NCBI GenBank assembly: GCA_964016885.1
Contig: OZ024740.1
Location: 187,302,001-187,366,000 of the forward strand
Source of the DNA: Eledone cirrhosa
Taxonomy: Eukaryota
DNA: 64,000 bases
Reading direction: 5' to 3'
Below are positions 13,370-27,952 of this stretch, piece after piece (positions within the stretch are counted from its first letter, which is position 1; each line of letters opens with the position of its first letter). A program made the translations under genes and the position numbers. A model generated the notes under the pieces. It saw only the letters and a program-made list of their open reading frames with translations. It searched no databases and had not been told where the DNA came from.

Positions 13370-14750
13370 TTGGAAGCATTTTTGCAGGTTGCAACTGATG
13401 GAGTTAAAACTATTGAAAGAAAGCACCTAATTTTGAAGATATAACTTGATTTCTTTTACTGGCATTTACTACAAAAATTATTTAGTTGCTGTGATTTGTG
13501 GTTGGCAGCAAAATAAATGTATTAGAATTGGAAATTTTATCAATTACTTCCTAGGGATGAATTTGGCATACTTAGAGGAGTGTTTCTTTATTGCATTCTG
13601 GGCCCAGCAAAGAAAACTAATTTATCTTGTCATGTTATTGCCCATTAGAATTACAGCTTGCTAATAACATTATTTGGACAAACACTGTTCCAAATAACAC
13701 TGCATTTGCTCATCCATTTTCGTTTGGTATGAGATGTAGACGATCAAGATGTGCTGTCTGTACAACTTCAGCCTTCTTTGGATGTTATTAGGGAAAGCTT
13801 TAGTTCATGTCACGTTGACTGACATAAATGTAAATGTCATTTGCAAAACAGTGTTCAAGGATTGATGGAAAGATGATATCTCTTCTTCAAGGTGACAGTG
13901 GTGCATTCTGTCATTTATGCCACTCACATAAGCTGATGCTAATGGCACTTCATTAATATGTAATCAATTCCAGTTAAAGGATTATAATTCCTGTAAGGAA
14001 ACAGAGGAAAAATTGGTTGTTGGCGAGATAGGTTCTAGCAGTAAAAGGCAGGGTCATCTCCATGAAAATATTATCAAAGCAGATTTGCACTGTTGCTCAG
14101 ACCTTCACCTCAAACTGAGATCATTAAATTTTGCTCAAAAGATTTGTATTACTTGGTTACTGGTGAAAAAAGATGGGGTGAAGCTTAAAATCTGTTGCAG
14201 TTTATTCAGCATGCCAAGCATGCCGGTGTATTGACCATATCAGGAGAAATACTGGAATGCTAATGGACTCACCCAATGGAATAGGTGGGAACACCAATAC
14301 AGGTCCATTGGCTGACCAATTTTTCAGTCTGAAAATCTGCCAAAATATATGTTCTTTCATTTTTAACCAGGAAAATAAGAATAATTTTGAAATATTCTTG
14401 TCTCTGACCAACGTTACACTCCATGTCACACAATCAGCGAATGAGAAATTAAAGTTTCACAGACTGAAGGCACTTGAGATAGATTTAATATTACAGCTAA
14501 AAACTCATTTCTTGATGAGAGAGCCTTCTCATGGGTGGTTATAATTCCACAATTCCTTCAAATGTGTACTCACAGCTGGAAGCCTATTGAATAGAATGGT
14601 GGGCAGCCAAATGCAAAATGGAGGGAAAATCTACTTGAAAGTTGGAACAAGCACATTAGGTCATTTCTGAGTTGGGCAGCTGCAAGATCTTGCCAGCTTT
14701 CAGTAAAAGACAACATCCAAGACATCTTCTAAAGGATGCTTATAATGTCT
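13370..14750 (+). pseudogene. Possible heavily decayed hAT (Buster/Charlie-like) transposase
   Basis: Motif remnants in the expected order across frames: LQVATDG (about 13382), LHLLIH (about 13700), NQFQLKG (about 13962), LHEN (about 14058), ANEKLKF (about 14438). Recognised by eye only. Confidence 0.4.
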
Positions 14751-15724
14751 TATATGGAAATTTCATCAAAAATACTTTGCCCTAGCACGGTAAATTTCAA
14801 TACATTATCTTTCAGAAAAGTACCAATTCCTCTGGTTTATTGGATTTGGTATTTTATGGCTTATTTATTATGGATGATTTTTCAAGATATTTTGTGAATT
14901 TTTGTTAACTTATTTTGGTGTAAAAGAACTGCAAATTAACTAACTTTAAATTATCATCTAATTTTAGCTGTGGTTTTTGCTTCTTCTCCCAAAATAGAAA
15001 ATTTGTAATAAATAGAAAATTTGTAATAAACAAGGATAGGAAAAACTTCAAAGAATAATATTTCCTTCTCTGGGCATACTGTGCAACCCCAGTACTATAC
15101 TGGTATCTTTTTTACTACGAAAGGATGAAAGGTAAAATTAACCTCAGCAGGATTTGAACTCAGAGAGCAGAGAGCCCAAATGAATACCACAAAACACTCT
15201 ATCCAATGTTCTAACAACTCTGCCAATTTGCCACCTATGTATGCAAAAATTGCATTGTCGTCTTCTAAAATCCTCTATAATAGTCTCCCACTTGTAATTG
15301 TATACATATTTATTGTTTTTTGTAACTTTCAAATGTAAGAACATGCCAGAGTTTGAGTGAACAGTGAGAAAGACATCAAGCTAGCTTGAAAATCAAAGTG
15401 GGAAAGGAAATGTTGGATATTTTTAAAGTGGGGAAGAAAAAATGAGAGAAAAAAAATGAAAATGATAGTGAGAATTGAAGTGAGGGGAAGATAAAGAGAG
15501 GGTGTGTGTTTGTGAAGAGATAGAATATGGAGAAAGAGGAATGGAGAATGAGGAATAGCAGAGGTGAGAGGCATAGTAAGAGTGAAAGTAAAGTAAACAT
15601 GCTAAGGGAACTAGATTTAAACAGAGGAGAAAGAAAGAAGGGCAGAAATACTTAGCAAAGTTTGTGGTATTATGTCTTTTGTTAGCCCAGTCTTCCCCTT
15701 CCTTCCCCGCCTTTCTCTCTCTCA

Positions 15725-15758
<34 letters not shown>

Positions 15759-16043
15759 TCTTTACATTGTATGGTCTTATTAATAGGTAGCTGGGTTTGT
15801 GATCCAGTCTTTCCAATAAGCAGTTGTAGTGTAATAAACAAAAACTACTAAATGTCATGTGTGTCTACTATCATAGAGGTGGTATAGGAATGGAGTTAAA
15901 TACTTCAATGAGGTTGGATTCCAATAACTTCTGATTGTATTGCATCATGGTCTGATGATGTAATTAATTAACCACAGGCATATGCCTTATGCAACAATTA
16001 AAAACATTGCTGGAATCCTTCCTTCCCACGTTTTTCATTGAAC

Positions 16044-16310
16044 ATACCTACATAAATATACATGATTACATATATACATACAAATGTAATAAAGAACTTC
16101 AGTACAAATTGTTTCATTTATGTAAATGTGAATTCTTTATATATATATATATATATATAAGTGTTTTTAAAATGTATCTTGGTAAATAATATAAAATCTT
16201 TCAATTCCAGCATCTAAAGAATTCACATTTACATACATGAAACAATTTGTACTGAAGTTCTTGTATACATTTGTATGTATATATGTAATCAGGTATATTT
16301 ATGTCGGTAT
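16044..16310. repeat. Inverted repeat, arms of about 95 bp (16044-16139 / 16215-16310)
   Basis: aagaacttcagtacaaattgtttcat..tgtaaatgtgaattcttta is mirrored by taaagaattcacatttaca..atgaaacaatttgtactgaagttctt. Confidence 0.9.
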
Positions 16311-18941
16311 ATGTGTGTAAAGGCTAAGTTGATTTTTGTGGATACCATCAGAAATATTTAATATGCTGAAATTTTCAATAATATTTAAACATACTTTAAA
16401 ATCAATCTAATTTAGGCACAGGTTCCACAGTTTAGTGGAGAGGTAAAGTCAATGAAATCAACACTCAGTACTTGATTGGTACTTTATTTCATTAACCTTG
16501 TAAGGGTGAAAGGCAATGTTGGTCACAGCTACATTTGAACTCCCAACATACACAACCATAATTGAATATCATAAGATATTTTATCCAATATTGTAACAAT
16601 TTTGCCAGGACATATATTCCATGCGCAATTCTTTTTGGACAATACAATTACACTAGCATATGTTTAATTATTTTCAGTATTATTTACGGTATTTAAACGA
16701 CGTATAACAATCTCTTCTTGTAACTTCTTTTCCTCACAAAATTTGTAACTTTTTTCTCAAACTTTTATTCGTGTGGCTTTCTGTTCACCTTAATCCTCTG
16801 CTCAATAATTTGATTCTGCTATTCATGCCACAGCTCATTCCCAAGCAGGTTTGTCTCTTTGACCTTGGCTATAAAAGAGACTCACTACTATAATAAAAGA
16901 GACTGGATGAAAGGCAGCAAGCTCACTGAACAAACAACCCCACTTATGTAATTACCAAAACGAATTAATAGTTATAGCTAGCGACTTGCCCAAATAGCAT
17001 AATAAAGATTAAACCACATGGAAAGTAAGGATACAAAAAGAAGAATGCGAAGATAATGAGAATAATAGTGAACTGCAACATCAATAACAATGCTGACAAT
17101 AGAATAATGGCAATAGTAGATTTCAGTGCGTCAAAAGTAGTGTTTACCAATGACATTTTATCACTCGGTTTGATATTTTTATTATTCCATTTGATTAAAA
17201 GTTGGATTAAGCAGTAGTATATACTCTAGCTTATGTTCATTCGTTGATTTATTCAATCCAAAAGTATTGCTGCCACAACACTAAAGGTGATAAATATTTG
17301 TAAATCAGTGGAATCTTCACTAATCTGTCAACATAGGTTGATAAACAACAGATAAACAAAACTAAATAAAAGTGAACAAAAGATATATATATAGAGAGAG
17401 AGGGAGATAAATAGATTGGGGAAAGAGAGAGAAAGATGTAAAAGGACAGAAATAAAAGGAGATTCAAATAAAATTTCTTACTAATTTAATCATAATATTG
17501 AACATTAAAGACAGAAGAGAAAAGAAAAGACCACCAATACACAAACATTCGCTTCTAGAGTAGTTTATTTTCGTTTTCTTTGTTCAATTAAACAATTTAA
17601 TAAAATTAAAAGTACATTTTTAGTCGTCAGAAATTTTGTTTTCAAAAGCTAAAGGCTATTTGCTTATCAGAGTAATTTTGTAGTCTGAAACCATTTGTGT
17701 TTTATATTTTTAGTTTGTTTGTTTGATTGATTGCTTGCTTTCCTTATGAAGAAATTGTGTCATATTTGTTTATAATTTTATATACATTTTTGTTTTGTTT
17801 TTTAATTTTATTTTGTATTCTTAGTAGTAAGACTAATTGAATAATTGCAAAGAAAATAGATTTTATTTATTTATTTAGTTTGGTTGTAAAAGGCGAAATG
17901 CTATTTATTTTAGTTAATTATGGAAACATTTCCCAGTTATTGTTAAAAGGAAAACTAAAAATGCTTTTAAATTATCACAGCTAAACAAACCATAAACTAC
18001 TTTTTCATTATGGGTAGACATGACAAATATATACATGAATATTTCAGCACAGTCGTATATTGACATAAGATCGCACATGGATGCAATATATGAATGGACG
18101 TGTGTGAATGGAACAGGTGCAAAGCTACTTTCAGTTGAAGGAAATGGTCACGAGCATTAATGCCTATAACCTATCAAACAGATCAGCACATTCTATGCTG
18201 TAACTACAGCAGAATTATTGATTTGTAGCTTGTTAATTGAAAAGTACAGTATCTCTTTAGTATACTCTCCACATAATAAATACAGTTTCATTATAGTATA
18301 AATATTTTATTCTATTATTATTAATAGATGCTGAGAGACTCTCTCTCCATGTTGGCTCAACTTGCTAGAAACACTAGCTACATCTCCCTCAAATAACACC
18401 CTATTGTCTTAAAGTAAATAAAGGAAACATTTGATAATGTGGATGTAGATACTCCTAAAATGACAAGATAGTTAGGTTTGGAATGCCTTCTACCATAAGT
18501 CTGCTTGATCACGATTGAAGTAATATTAAAGTATGACTAGTATTAACATTATGTATTATTTTTACGTATCTATCATAATCATTTACTGTTGCTTCTTCTT
18601 TTTAACGAAAACAAAAAAAATAAGTAATGAAAAAAAGGGAATGGGAGAGAGAACAGCAAATTACACCCTAGCAAAAGCAGTATGTCTGTGCCCCATCAAC
18701 ACAATGCTGAAGGTATTGCCATAAAGAATAGCTAGTGCCACCCGCTGTATCAACCACACCAACTCCTAAGGCTCCTTCCTTCGGCAGGAGGTACTCCCAG
18801 TTTTTGTGGAGGCAAACATCAGTTCAAGGACCAAGGACACCAAAGGCCTTGACAGCTACTGGCATTAAAACGAAACAGTTGGTATTTGACTATCTTCCTC
18901 TCCACAATGCTATAGGCAGCAGTACCTCTTTTAACACTTTC

Positions 18942-19086
18942 ACATCATCATCATCAACGTTTAACGTCCGTGTTCCACGCTTGCATGGGTTTGGACGGGG
19001 GTTTTCCCACTTGAGGCAAGAGTGATTGTCTTGCTCGCATAGGACTGTCTGGCGGGTTTTCTACAGCTGGATGCCCTTCCTAACAT
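18942..19086 (-). mobile_element. Short, young RTE/SINE-B 3' tail
   Basis: Nearly identical to 56035-56177. Confidence 0.85.
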
Positions 19087-19489
19087 CCTTTTTTTTAACG
19101 TGTGGCTTGGTAGGAATGGTATTGTGCTGGACCATGCTCTTTTTACTAACAACATAGCAGTAAAGTAAGTGTATAACTTTGATGCAATCAGCAAAATTAT
19201 GTGCTTTGTTCAAAGGCACCGTATGACTACAATTAAGATCTGAACTCATGGCCTATAATACATATATCTTCAGACCAGAAGATAGAAAGGTGGGTGAGCC
19301 AGTTGGTATTGGCCTACAATTTTAACAGGCTATTCACCTAAAGTTCTGATTCTTTTATTGTTCTGTTACCTACAAATATATCATGTACCCTACATATACA
19401 TGTGTATATCAACAACCCTATATAAATCATATGTATTTAGCTTTGGTTATTTAAATAACTTAATGAGCAGTTTGAGATGAAGCTTACAT

Positions 19490-19850
19490 TTCACATCTTC
19501 AACAACTACTACTAAATTCATCCACTTCCTTGTAGTGACATGTTAAAACCTTTCCATCTCACACAATCCAACATTAACTACCTCAGTTCTTCACCGAAAA
19601 TTCTGTATCTTCCTAAATGAGTCTTTTTACTGACTTAGGTCTTCTGTGTTTCACATTATTGGGCTCCCAAGTCTTTTAGCCTGTTTGTTGCCTCTCATGA
19701 CATAACCTGCAAGTTGAAGACGGCTGATATGGCTAATGGGTGGGAGGTTGCCATAAAGAATTTTGGTTGTAACATGGTCAAGAGGTTTGAGGGCTTTTTT
19801 TTATCATTCTTGGCATTTGTGTGTAGCAACCAGCTAAAGGTGATAGGTAT
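19490..19850 (-). mobile_element. Old LINE 3' ORF fragment
   Basis: Minus strand reads GYVMR...RRPK...RWK, a pattern like RTE-type C-termini. Confidence 0.45.
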
Positions 19851-21129
19851 TATCACTGATCATGATTCACAGGAATACAGTAAGACTGATTACACTGTAG
19901 CTTGTCTACATCACATTTCACATCTAGTCTATGCCCATTACCAGCTTGTCGTGAGCTTATACATAATAAACCAATATTATTCAATAGTCCCAAATAATGT
20001 GCTTCACAAATATCTTATATCTCTTACTTCTGTAATAATGTGAAAATACACAGAATAGAGAAATATTTTCTACATAGTTATAAGTTTTCAGCTACAGATT
20101 ATGTGAAATAGTGAAATATGTGAAATTATGTAAATGCTGTTACATTCTTGCTTTCCCAAAGACATTTGTTATATAAGGTGAAATTTTTGTAGCCACTATT
20201 TAAAATTACGAAAGAGCCTTTTCAAGTTGTTCAACCCACTTGAAACAACAATCAAATATGCCCCAAATTACTTCATCATCTAGGGCTAAACAAAAGAAAT
20301 TGAAAGCTTACCTTTACCATGCAAATAATTATTTGTCTAGCAGGTATTAATATAGGGAAAAGCTTTGAGCATTTACTATTAAACCGTAGATAGTACTGTT
20401 TTATTACATGTTTAATTATACAATAGACTGTGTGAATAATAATAAATATTTACAAATGTATCAATACATATAAATACATCACTGCTCTTCATAAAATTTC
20501 AAGCCAAATATGGAGCAATTTAGTGGAAGCTAATGGGTAACTGTCTGCAGACTTTCAGAGTTGTTCTTATTAGCAGTTTATTGTTTGCATGGTTCCATAG
20601 TCAAAGCCCATCTTTTCTTTTATCTTTAACAACATTATATGGATTAGGATATGCTTAATCGGTACTGTATTGAAGGAAACTGATTTCACGCTTCAGGATA
20701 CTACTCATCATAAGAGATATAACAACTTATAATAACGAAATGCTTATCAGGAGCCACAATGGCTAGTGTTTGTTTCTGTAACATTAAACAGATAAAGACA
20801 CAAGTCTGTCGATGTAGATAGAGAATACTACTGCAAAGTTGAAAAAACCATTTTACAACACACAGTGTGATAAATGAATTCTGAAAAAAATAATACCTCA
20901 AAGAAAAAGAAACTTGTAAACACAACTGCTGTTTTGACTTATTTTGTTTTTGTTGTTTTTTTTAATTAGTTCCTGCATCCAGGAAAATTAGTTACAGGAA
21001 GAAAATTAACAAGGAAATTTCAATTAATAACTGATTTAATATGTTTAATTTTCTTTTTTGTTTCATTGTTTTATTAAACTTATGTTGATGATTGTATAAA
21101 ACTCAATATTCTTTTTCACATACATATAA

Positions 21130-21340
21130 TGGTTTCTGATTTAGGCACAAGGCCTACAATTTGGGGAGGGGAAGTTGACTAAATCTAACCCAGTGCATTA
21201 CTAGTACTTTATTTTATTGATCCCATAAGGATGAAAGGCAAAGTTAACATTGTCAGGATTTAAACTCAGAACATAAAGTGATGTAATTATATGCTGCAAA
21301 GCATATTGTTCAATGTTCTATCAATACTGCCAATCCATCA
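21130..21340 (-). mobile_element. SINE family A, long-tail variant, decayed
   Basis: 'aggcacaaggcc...ggatgaaaggcaaagttaac...actgccaatcca'. Confidence 0.8.
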
Positions 21341-22759
21341 CTCTTTCCACATACATGTAATACAAGTACCATTATATAGTGTTGTGATTGTTTACAAGTC
21401 ATGAGTATAGTCCTTTAATAAGTGACTTAAAATATTATTTGTTTAATTACTTTTGTAATTATTTGTAGTATTTAAACAACACGTCATTTTCTTTCTGTGG
21501 CTTATTTTCAACACTCAAAAATTGTGACAGTCTTTCTGAATTCAGAAATTAAGTTAAAATCCAAGTTGCAGTAAAATTTTCATGTTTCCCTTTTTCATTT
21601 TTTTTTTTCTATTTATTTATATATTTTACATTTTATCCCATGACTTTCTTTCCATTCACCTAATAAACAAGGTATGATTTGATATATTTACACAAAAAAA
21701 GCATGATATTAAATCATATTCTATAAGAATTAAGCTTATCTTTTTCACATTCAAAGTGAATGTGAGTTATGTATTAGTAAAAGTCAACCTATACTGAGAC
21801 ATTACAACAGTTGATGTATTGGTTTAACATTGATGTAAATGTGAGAATGTCAGATACGATAATACTACCCGTAAGATGTATTGAGAACTCGGTCATGTAG
21901 TGCAAATCATAGATATGTTTATGCATTCGCTTTTATATGATTGATCCAATAAATAGGAAAAAGAAACTAGTAGTATGTGGATTGCCAAATTCAATTGTGT
22001 TTCAAATGACATTTACATAACATATGGTATTAACCGAAATACGAAATATATATGAAATATCAAAAAGTATGATATATATATATATATACTGCCCGAATAT
22101 GGGTTTCTCACTTATTTGATAACATAAAATATAGAATCAATACTCACCATTTGGGTTCAACTGGTTTGGTATGAATAACATAAATAAAATAATATTTAAT
22201 AGTGTGGGTGTGTCTCTAATGGGGGAACCAGTTTAGTCGCTGACCACAAAGCAGTCTGTACTGGGTTACATGGTACCAGTAGTAGGTAGAAACCTTACCT
22301 GACAATAAAATAGCATCCCAATACCCCTCAAATCAGACTATACCATCATAGAAAAGAACGCATTGAATAATGTGGTCCTGTATTTCATGCCAGAGCAGGA
22401 ACAGTCTTGGTTGGAATGTCTGTTCAATGGGGGATAATAACACAATTTGACAAATAACATCATATTAATAAGAATCACTATGACATAGCAGTTCCTCATT
22501 CTTTGGTGTCAAAGCCTACATATATTTCTATACATGAAAGGAGACAGCAATTTATCCAAAATACAAAAAGAGACTATTCAAAATTATGTTTTAAAATATA
22601 TATTTTAATTTTAGTGAACAAAGGCATATAAATCTTGGGTACACAAAAGATGTAGTGAGATAATGAGTAGACTAACAGGAAGGGAGAACGTTGCATATAG
22701 AAGATGCACATGAGAAATTAAGTGAAAGAGTGCCAATGATATAAACCTTTTCCAGTTAA

Positions 22760-23375
22760 AGGAAGGATCCATAGAAGTGGTTGGTAGCTTCTGCTATCTG
22801 ATTAGCAGCAGAGGAAGGTGCTCCAAGAGTAATAGCTAGAATAAGGATATGATGGAAAAAGCTTAGAGAACTACTACTTTTGATTACAAAAGGTTTCTCC
22901 CTATGTACAAAAGGAAGACTGCATGATGCCTGTGCGTGGTGCACAATGCTGCATCATAGTGAAACATGAACTATAACTGCAGAGGACATGAGTAGACTGG
23001 AGACAACAAAAAAGCAACTATGCTTCGTTGGATGTGCAATGTAAGTGTGAGAGAAAGACAGAGCTTGGATGAGCTGAGGGAGGAGCTGAGTTTAAGGGGA
23101 ATCTGAGGTGGTGTGCAGGAGAGAAGACTGCATTGGTATGGACATGTGATGCACATGGATAATGATCAGAGGGTGAAAAAATGCCAGGAAATTCCACTGC
23201 CAAGCTGCAGTAGAGGATAACCAAGAAAGAGGTTGTTAGTGCTGACCTCAAATCGTTAAGACTGACAGAGTAGATGACAAAGTATGTGACATGTTGAGAG
23301 ATGTCGTGCTGAAAACAACCCATCCAACCCATGCAAGCATGGAAGAGCAGATGAAAAATTGATGATGATGAGGAG
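22760..23375 (+). mobile_element. RTE LINE 3' fragment
   Basis: WKKLRELL..KGFS..KGRLHDAC, MLRWMCNV and LHWYGHVMHM remnants; 'cccatgcaagcatgg...(tga)n' tail. Confidence 0.85.
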
Positions 23376-23844
23376 GAGGGGGATAATATATCAGTATAGC
23401 AAAAAGTAGAAATACAGATAATTAAAAATACATAAAAATTATTTGTATTTACTTCTTTAATGAATAAATGGAGCAAAGTTATCAATGAGAAATATGCACC
23501 TGATGTTCTTTGGCAATGTTTTATTATTAGTTTTGTTGTTTTCTACTTTGACAGTTGTATATGAACTTGACAAGATTTTTACATTTTGAAAAAAAATCTT
23601 GCTCTTTCATAGCACACTGAATTACATCTCATGGTACTCCTAATTACATTTTGCTGTGCACCAGTGCACTAAGGCACACAGTTTAAAAACTGCTTCACTA
23701 TATGAATAAGGTAACTAAATTGCACTCTAATACTCTAATATTGGCGATGATGATGATGATAGTGATGATGATAATGACATATTTTCAAGATAAATTATTT
23801 GTTTTAAAACACAACAACAGCAATAATAATAATAATGATGATAA

Positions 23845-24005
23845 TAATGGTTTCTTATATAGGCACAAGGCTAGCAATTTGGGGGGGAGGTAAAAGTCGA
23901 TTAAATCAACCTCAGTGCGTGACTGGTACTTTATTTTAACGACCTCGTAAGGATGAAAGGCAAAGTTAACCTCGGCAGGATTTGAACACAGATCATAAAG
24001 GGACA
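23845..24005 (-). mobile_element. SINE family A, long-tail variant
   Basis: Core and tail match. Confidence 0.85.
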
Positions 24006-25738
24006 TAATATTAATAATAATAACAATAAAATTATCAGAAAACACTGATTTACAAAGTCATGATTTACATAAGACAGAAGCTCTATTCTATTTGTGAATG
24101 CCTTATAAATGATTTAATGCATACATAAATAAGAGGTAATACAAAAGCAGGCTTTCTCTCAAATAATTAGATTCCATTTTAAAATCCTGCAGGCCATTCA
24201 ACTAAGTATATAAATATAGACATATTTGTTATAGGTGATTCAACAAGTATATAACAATAGCTATTTTACGCCATTATATATAAACTCTAGCAGGCCCCGT
24301 GCCATCAAAAATGACGGCTAAAGAGTAGATGAGTATTTGTATATACCTTTCAACTGAAGTCGTTTTATATTCTTGATAATTCTAATTTATTTCGATATTG
24401 CCAGGGACTTGGCTCCTTGGATAACACAAACACTCACACACACAAACACTCACACACACAAATACTCACAAAAGTGTAGCCAATCTAAGAACGCTAGTTA
24501 AAAATAATTATTACATAGATACACATCTACAGAAATATACACATAAACAGACTCAGAGAAAATAATTACTACATGCACATGCATGTGTGAGTGTACACGT
24601 GCATGCACATTTATATGTATGAGTAACACAGGTGTAGCGAACTCTGTTCTCTAAAGTTTTGTCACAGTTCCCTTCATTCCACACTCAACACATAGATATG
24701 TGAGTATGTAATCATTATTTTGTATAATGTTTATGTATATCATCATCATCATCATTTTACGTCGGCTCTTCCCTGCTTGCAAGGGTGGGACGGGTCTTAT
24801 TCAGCACAGCATCTCTCCACTTGTTGCGGTCCTTCGTCATCTCCACCGTGAGCTTCAGCGATCTGAGGTCTGTTCTCACCACCTGTTCACTATATATGTA
24901 TTTATATTTATGTATATATATTTATATACTGAAACAGATGAGTTTGTATGTCCCTTTGTATGATGTACAAAAACACGAACATTATATATTAGAAGATGAT
25001 CACAACAGATTACATGCCGTGAACTAAAACTTCATATTTCTAGTGTAACAAACATCGGCTGTGTAAAAAAGAGTGCTCTTGGTTCCAAGATCCCATCCAA
25101 TCAAGGACCTTCTCATTCCTGTTGGAGGAATCCCTTCCTGGTTGACTGCCACCAGTTTTGGCTTTGGTCATGTCTTTAGAGGTATAACTGTACTCACCAT
25201 GCTTGGTCAATTGTGGGCTGGTGAGGCTATTTAACCCATAGTTAGGGTGAATGACTGTTGCTTCTGAGGATTTCACAAAGATTTACTATTTCTTCACTAT
25301 TATAGTGGTTTATGTGGTCCACAACCTTCTCTTATTAATGTAACATAAGCATGAGAAGATTGTTTTCCAAAATGCCCTATCTCTATGAAATGAGCAAATA
25401 AATACTAGATCTACACATATGTAAGTTTTACACTTGAATACATTCTTAGTTATAATGAAAGTCGATATAATACGATATAAAAGGATATTGTTATACCATG
25501 TTTTCAAACATTCAAAGAGAAAATAATAGCCATCTAAAGCAAATAACTAAACCAAAACTTTGCCTTTTGTCTTTATTTGCTGAAATATACTAATAATAAT
25601 CAGGTTTTATTCAGACTTGTTTTAGCTTTGTTTTACTTTTGTTTTCATATAATGACATAAAAAATTCATAAATATAAATAAACAAAAATACACTATTTCC
25701 TGAAACCAATCATAACAGAAAAAATATTGTGTAGAAAA

Positions 25739-25958
<220 letters not shown>

Positions 25959-27129
25959 GGTGTGTTGGTGAGAGGATATGAGGTGTCAGCAAAATATTAC
26001 CACCAGCACTGTCATCAATGCATTGATGAAAAGAAGGTTATTAAAAAATCATAGTTATGAGCCATCTGATTGCTTGTGTTTGTGAATTTATCAGGAAGAG
26101 CAGCATGTCCTTCTCCCCCACCAGACCCTATTGTTAGGACGGGGAAACCGGATTCAGATATGAAGACAAGGAATATTTAGAAATTGATCTAGAGTGATTG
26201 TTTTGTTTTGTTTCCCTTCTATTTTATTATTATTACTGTTGCTTGCTTGAATAGATCCATATATAATGCAAACAAAATTATTCTTTGAGAGTATATAATG
26301 TGTGTTGAGCATGTGTATATCAATGTGTCAATGTGTGTATGTATCCATGGATACAACATTTCCCTCTGTTTGTTTTAATAATTAAACAATTTTTTTGTGT
26401 ATTCTTTTTGTGTATTTACTGACTGGCCAAGATATTAAAATGATTTTATGTATGTGAAGCAATAAATGATTTTGGCAAAAACCTATGACTGCATGCATGA
26501 ATAACAATAGCTAACATCAACTCATGACATATGTCATCAAAACATATATATATATACATCATAACCATCTTGTTAACATCCTTTTACCACCAAGCAGACA
26601 AGGGTTTGACAGATGTGTAATACAGCAGTTCTTTTAATCATTAAAACAGAAGAATATATATATATATTATCTCATTCTTTTACTATATTATATATTATGC
26701 AGTGCAATATATTCATTTGACCTATGCTTCATGTGTGAGTGGGGACAAATACAGATGTAGAAATTACTCTCCCCTCTATCTTAAAGACTAAAATATGATT
26801 GAATGCTGAAACATCAAGGGCTGAATGCAATCATATAAATAGATTCAACAGATCAGATATGCCCTGGAGAATACTTACACCTGTCAAATTCATGAATGGT
26901 GTCAGAAATGTTAAATATTGCATTGCTGGTTTACTGTGTACATGTATATGTACACAGTATATATATATATATATGCATATATAACTACAAAGATAATTCT
27001 CAACTGAATACCTACTATATATAAACTTATCACCACATCATCATTGTGATCACCAGCATTTTACATCTGTTTTATATGCTGGCATGCCAGCAAATGTCGT
27101 TAAATGATGTTGAGCTGTGAAAAATACTG

Positions 27130-27432
27130 GGGGAAAAAGAGGAATCAGATGTCGGATGCAAGTGAGAAGGCTGTGCTGGGATGGATATGTGATACATATG
27201 AATGATGACTGTTGAGTGAAGAAGTGCCAAGAAATTCTAGTGGAAGGAAGTTGCTGTAGAAGAAAACCAAAGAAGACTTGGGCAGAGATGGTAAGAGCTG
27301 ATCTCAAATCACTGAGAATCAGAGAGGAGATGACAAATAAATGCAACAAGTTGAAAAATATTGTGCTGGAAATGACCAGCCCAACCCATGCAAGCATGAA
27401 AAACATGTAAAAAAAAAGGACGACAATGATGA
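27130..27432 (+). mobile_element. RTE LINE 3' fragment
   Basis: ORF 27216: KKCQEILVEGSCCRRKPKKTWAEMVRADLKSL...THASM, then a (TGA)-like tail. Confidence 0.85.
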
Positions 27433-27694
27433 TATAAATGAACTTTGCCAGATTCCAGTTATTCAATCTACTAAGCAGCCAACATGTGAAATTAGTAAGT
27501 GCCTGAGTATTCCAAAGACATTTATATTCTAATCACATTTATGTTATCTTAACATAATTTTTAGGGAAATTCAGCATAACAGTGTGTGACAAGGCCAGCC
27601 TTTTGAATTACAGGTACAGTCAATTTAACAGTCTTCTAAACTGTTTCCATCAACCAAATTTCACTCATAAGGATTAGGTGGATAAGCTTGTCCT

Positions 27695-27952
27695 ATTGAA
27701 TGCTATATAAATTATATATATAATGTCCAACAGTCACCAGGGTGACTCAATGAAAACATCAGAGCATCACATATTCATAAAGGGGAGATGTTAGTAAAAT
27801 GAATTCAAAAGAATTGATGATAGAGTATCATTAATTCTTCTAAATATATTTTGCTCATATCTCCCATTTATGAATATATAATGCTCTGATGTTTTCATTG
27901 AGCCACCCTGGTGATTGTTGGACATTATATATATAATTATATAGCATTTAAT
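27695..27952. repeat. Near-perfect fold-back palindrome (about 258 bp, loop of about 3 nt)
   Basis: ataatgtccaacagtcaccagggtgactcaatgaaaacatcagagcat... is mirrored by atgctctgatgttttcattgagccaccctggtgattgttggacattat; centre tgata-gag-tatca. Confidence 0.92.

Noticed and set aside
22148-22160. 13-nt minus-strand micro-exon with a gtgagt donor
   Set aside because: The motif 'tactcaccat...tcaa.tg' is part of dispersed repeat D.
24283-24500. Possible Helitron/Helentron-like element with internal CA-rich repeats
   Set aside because: Termini cannot be defined and there is no second copy in the window.
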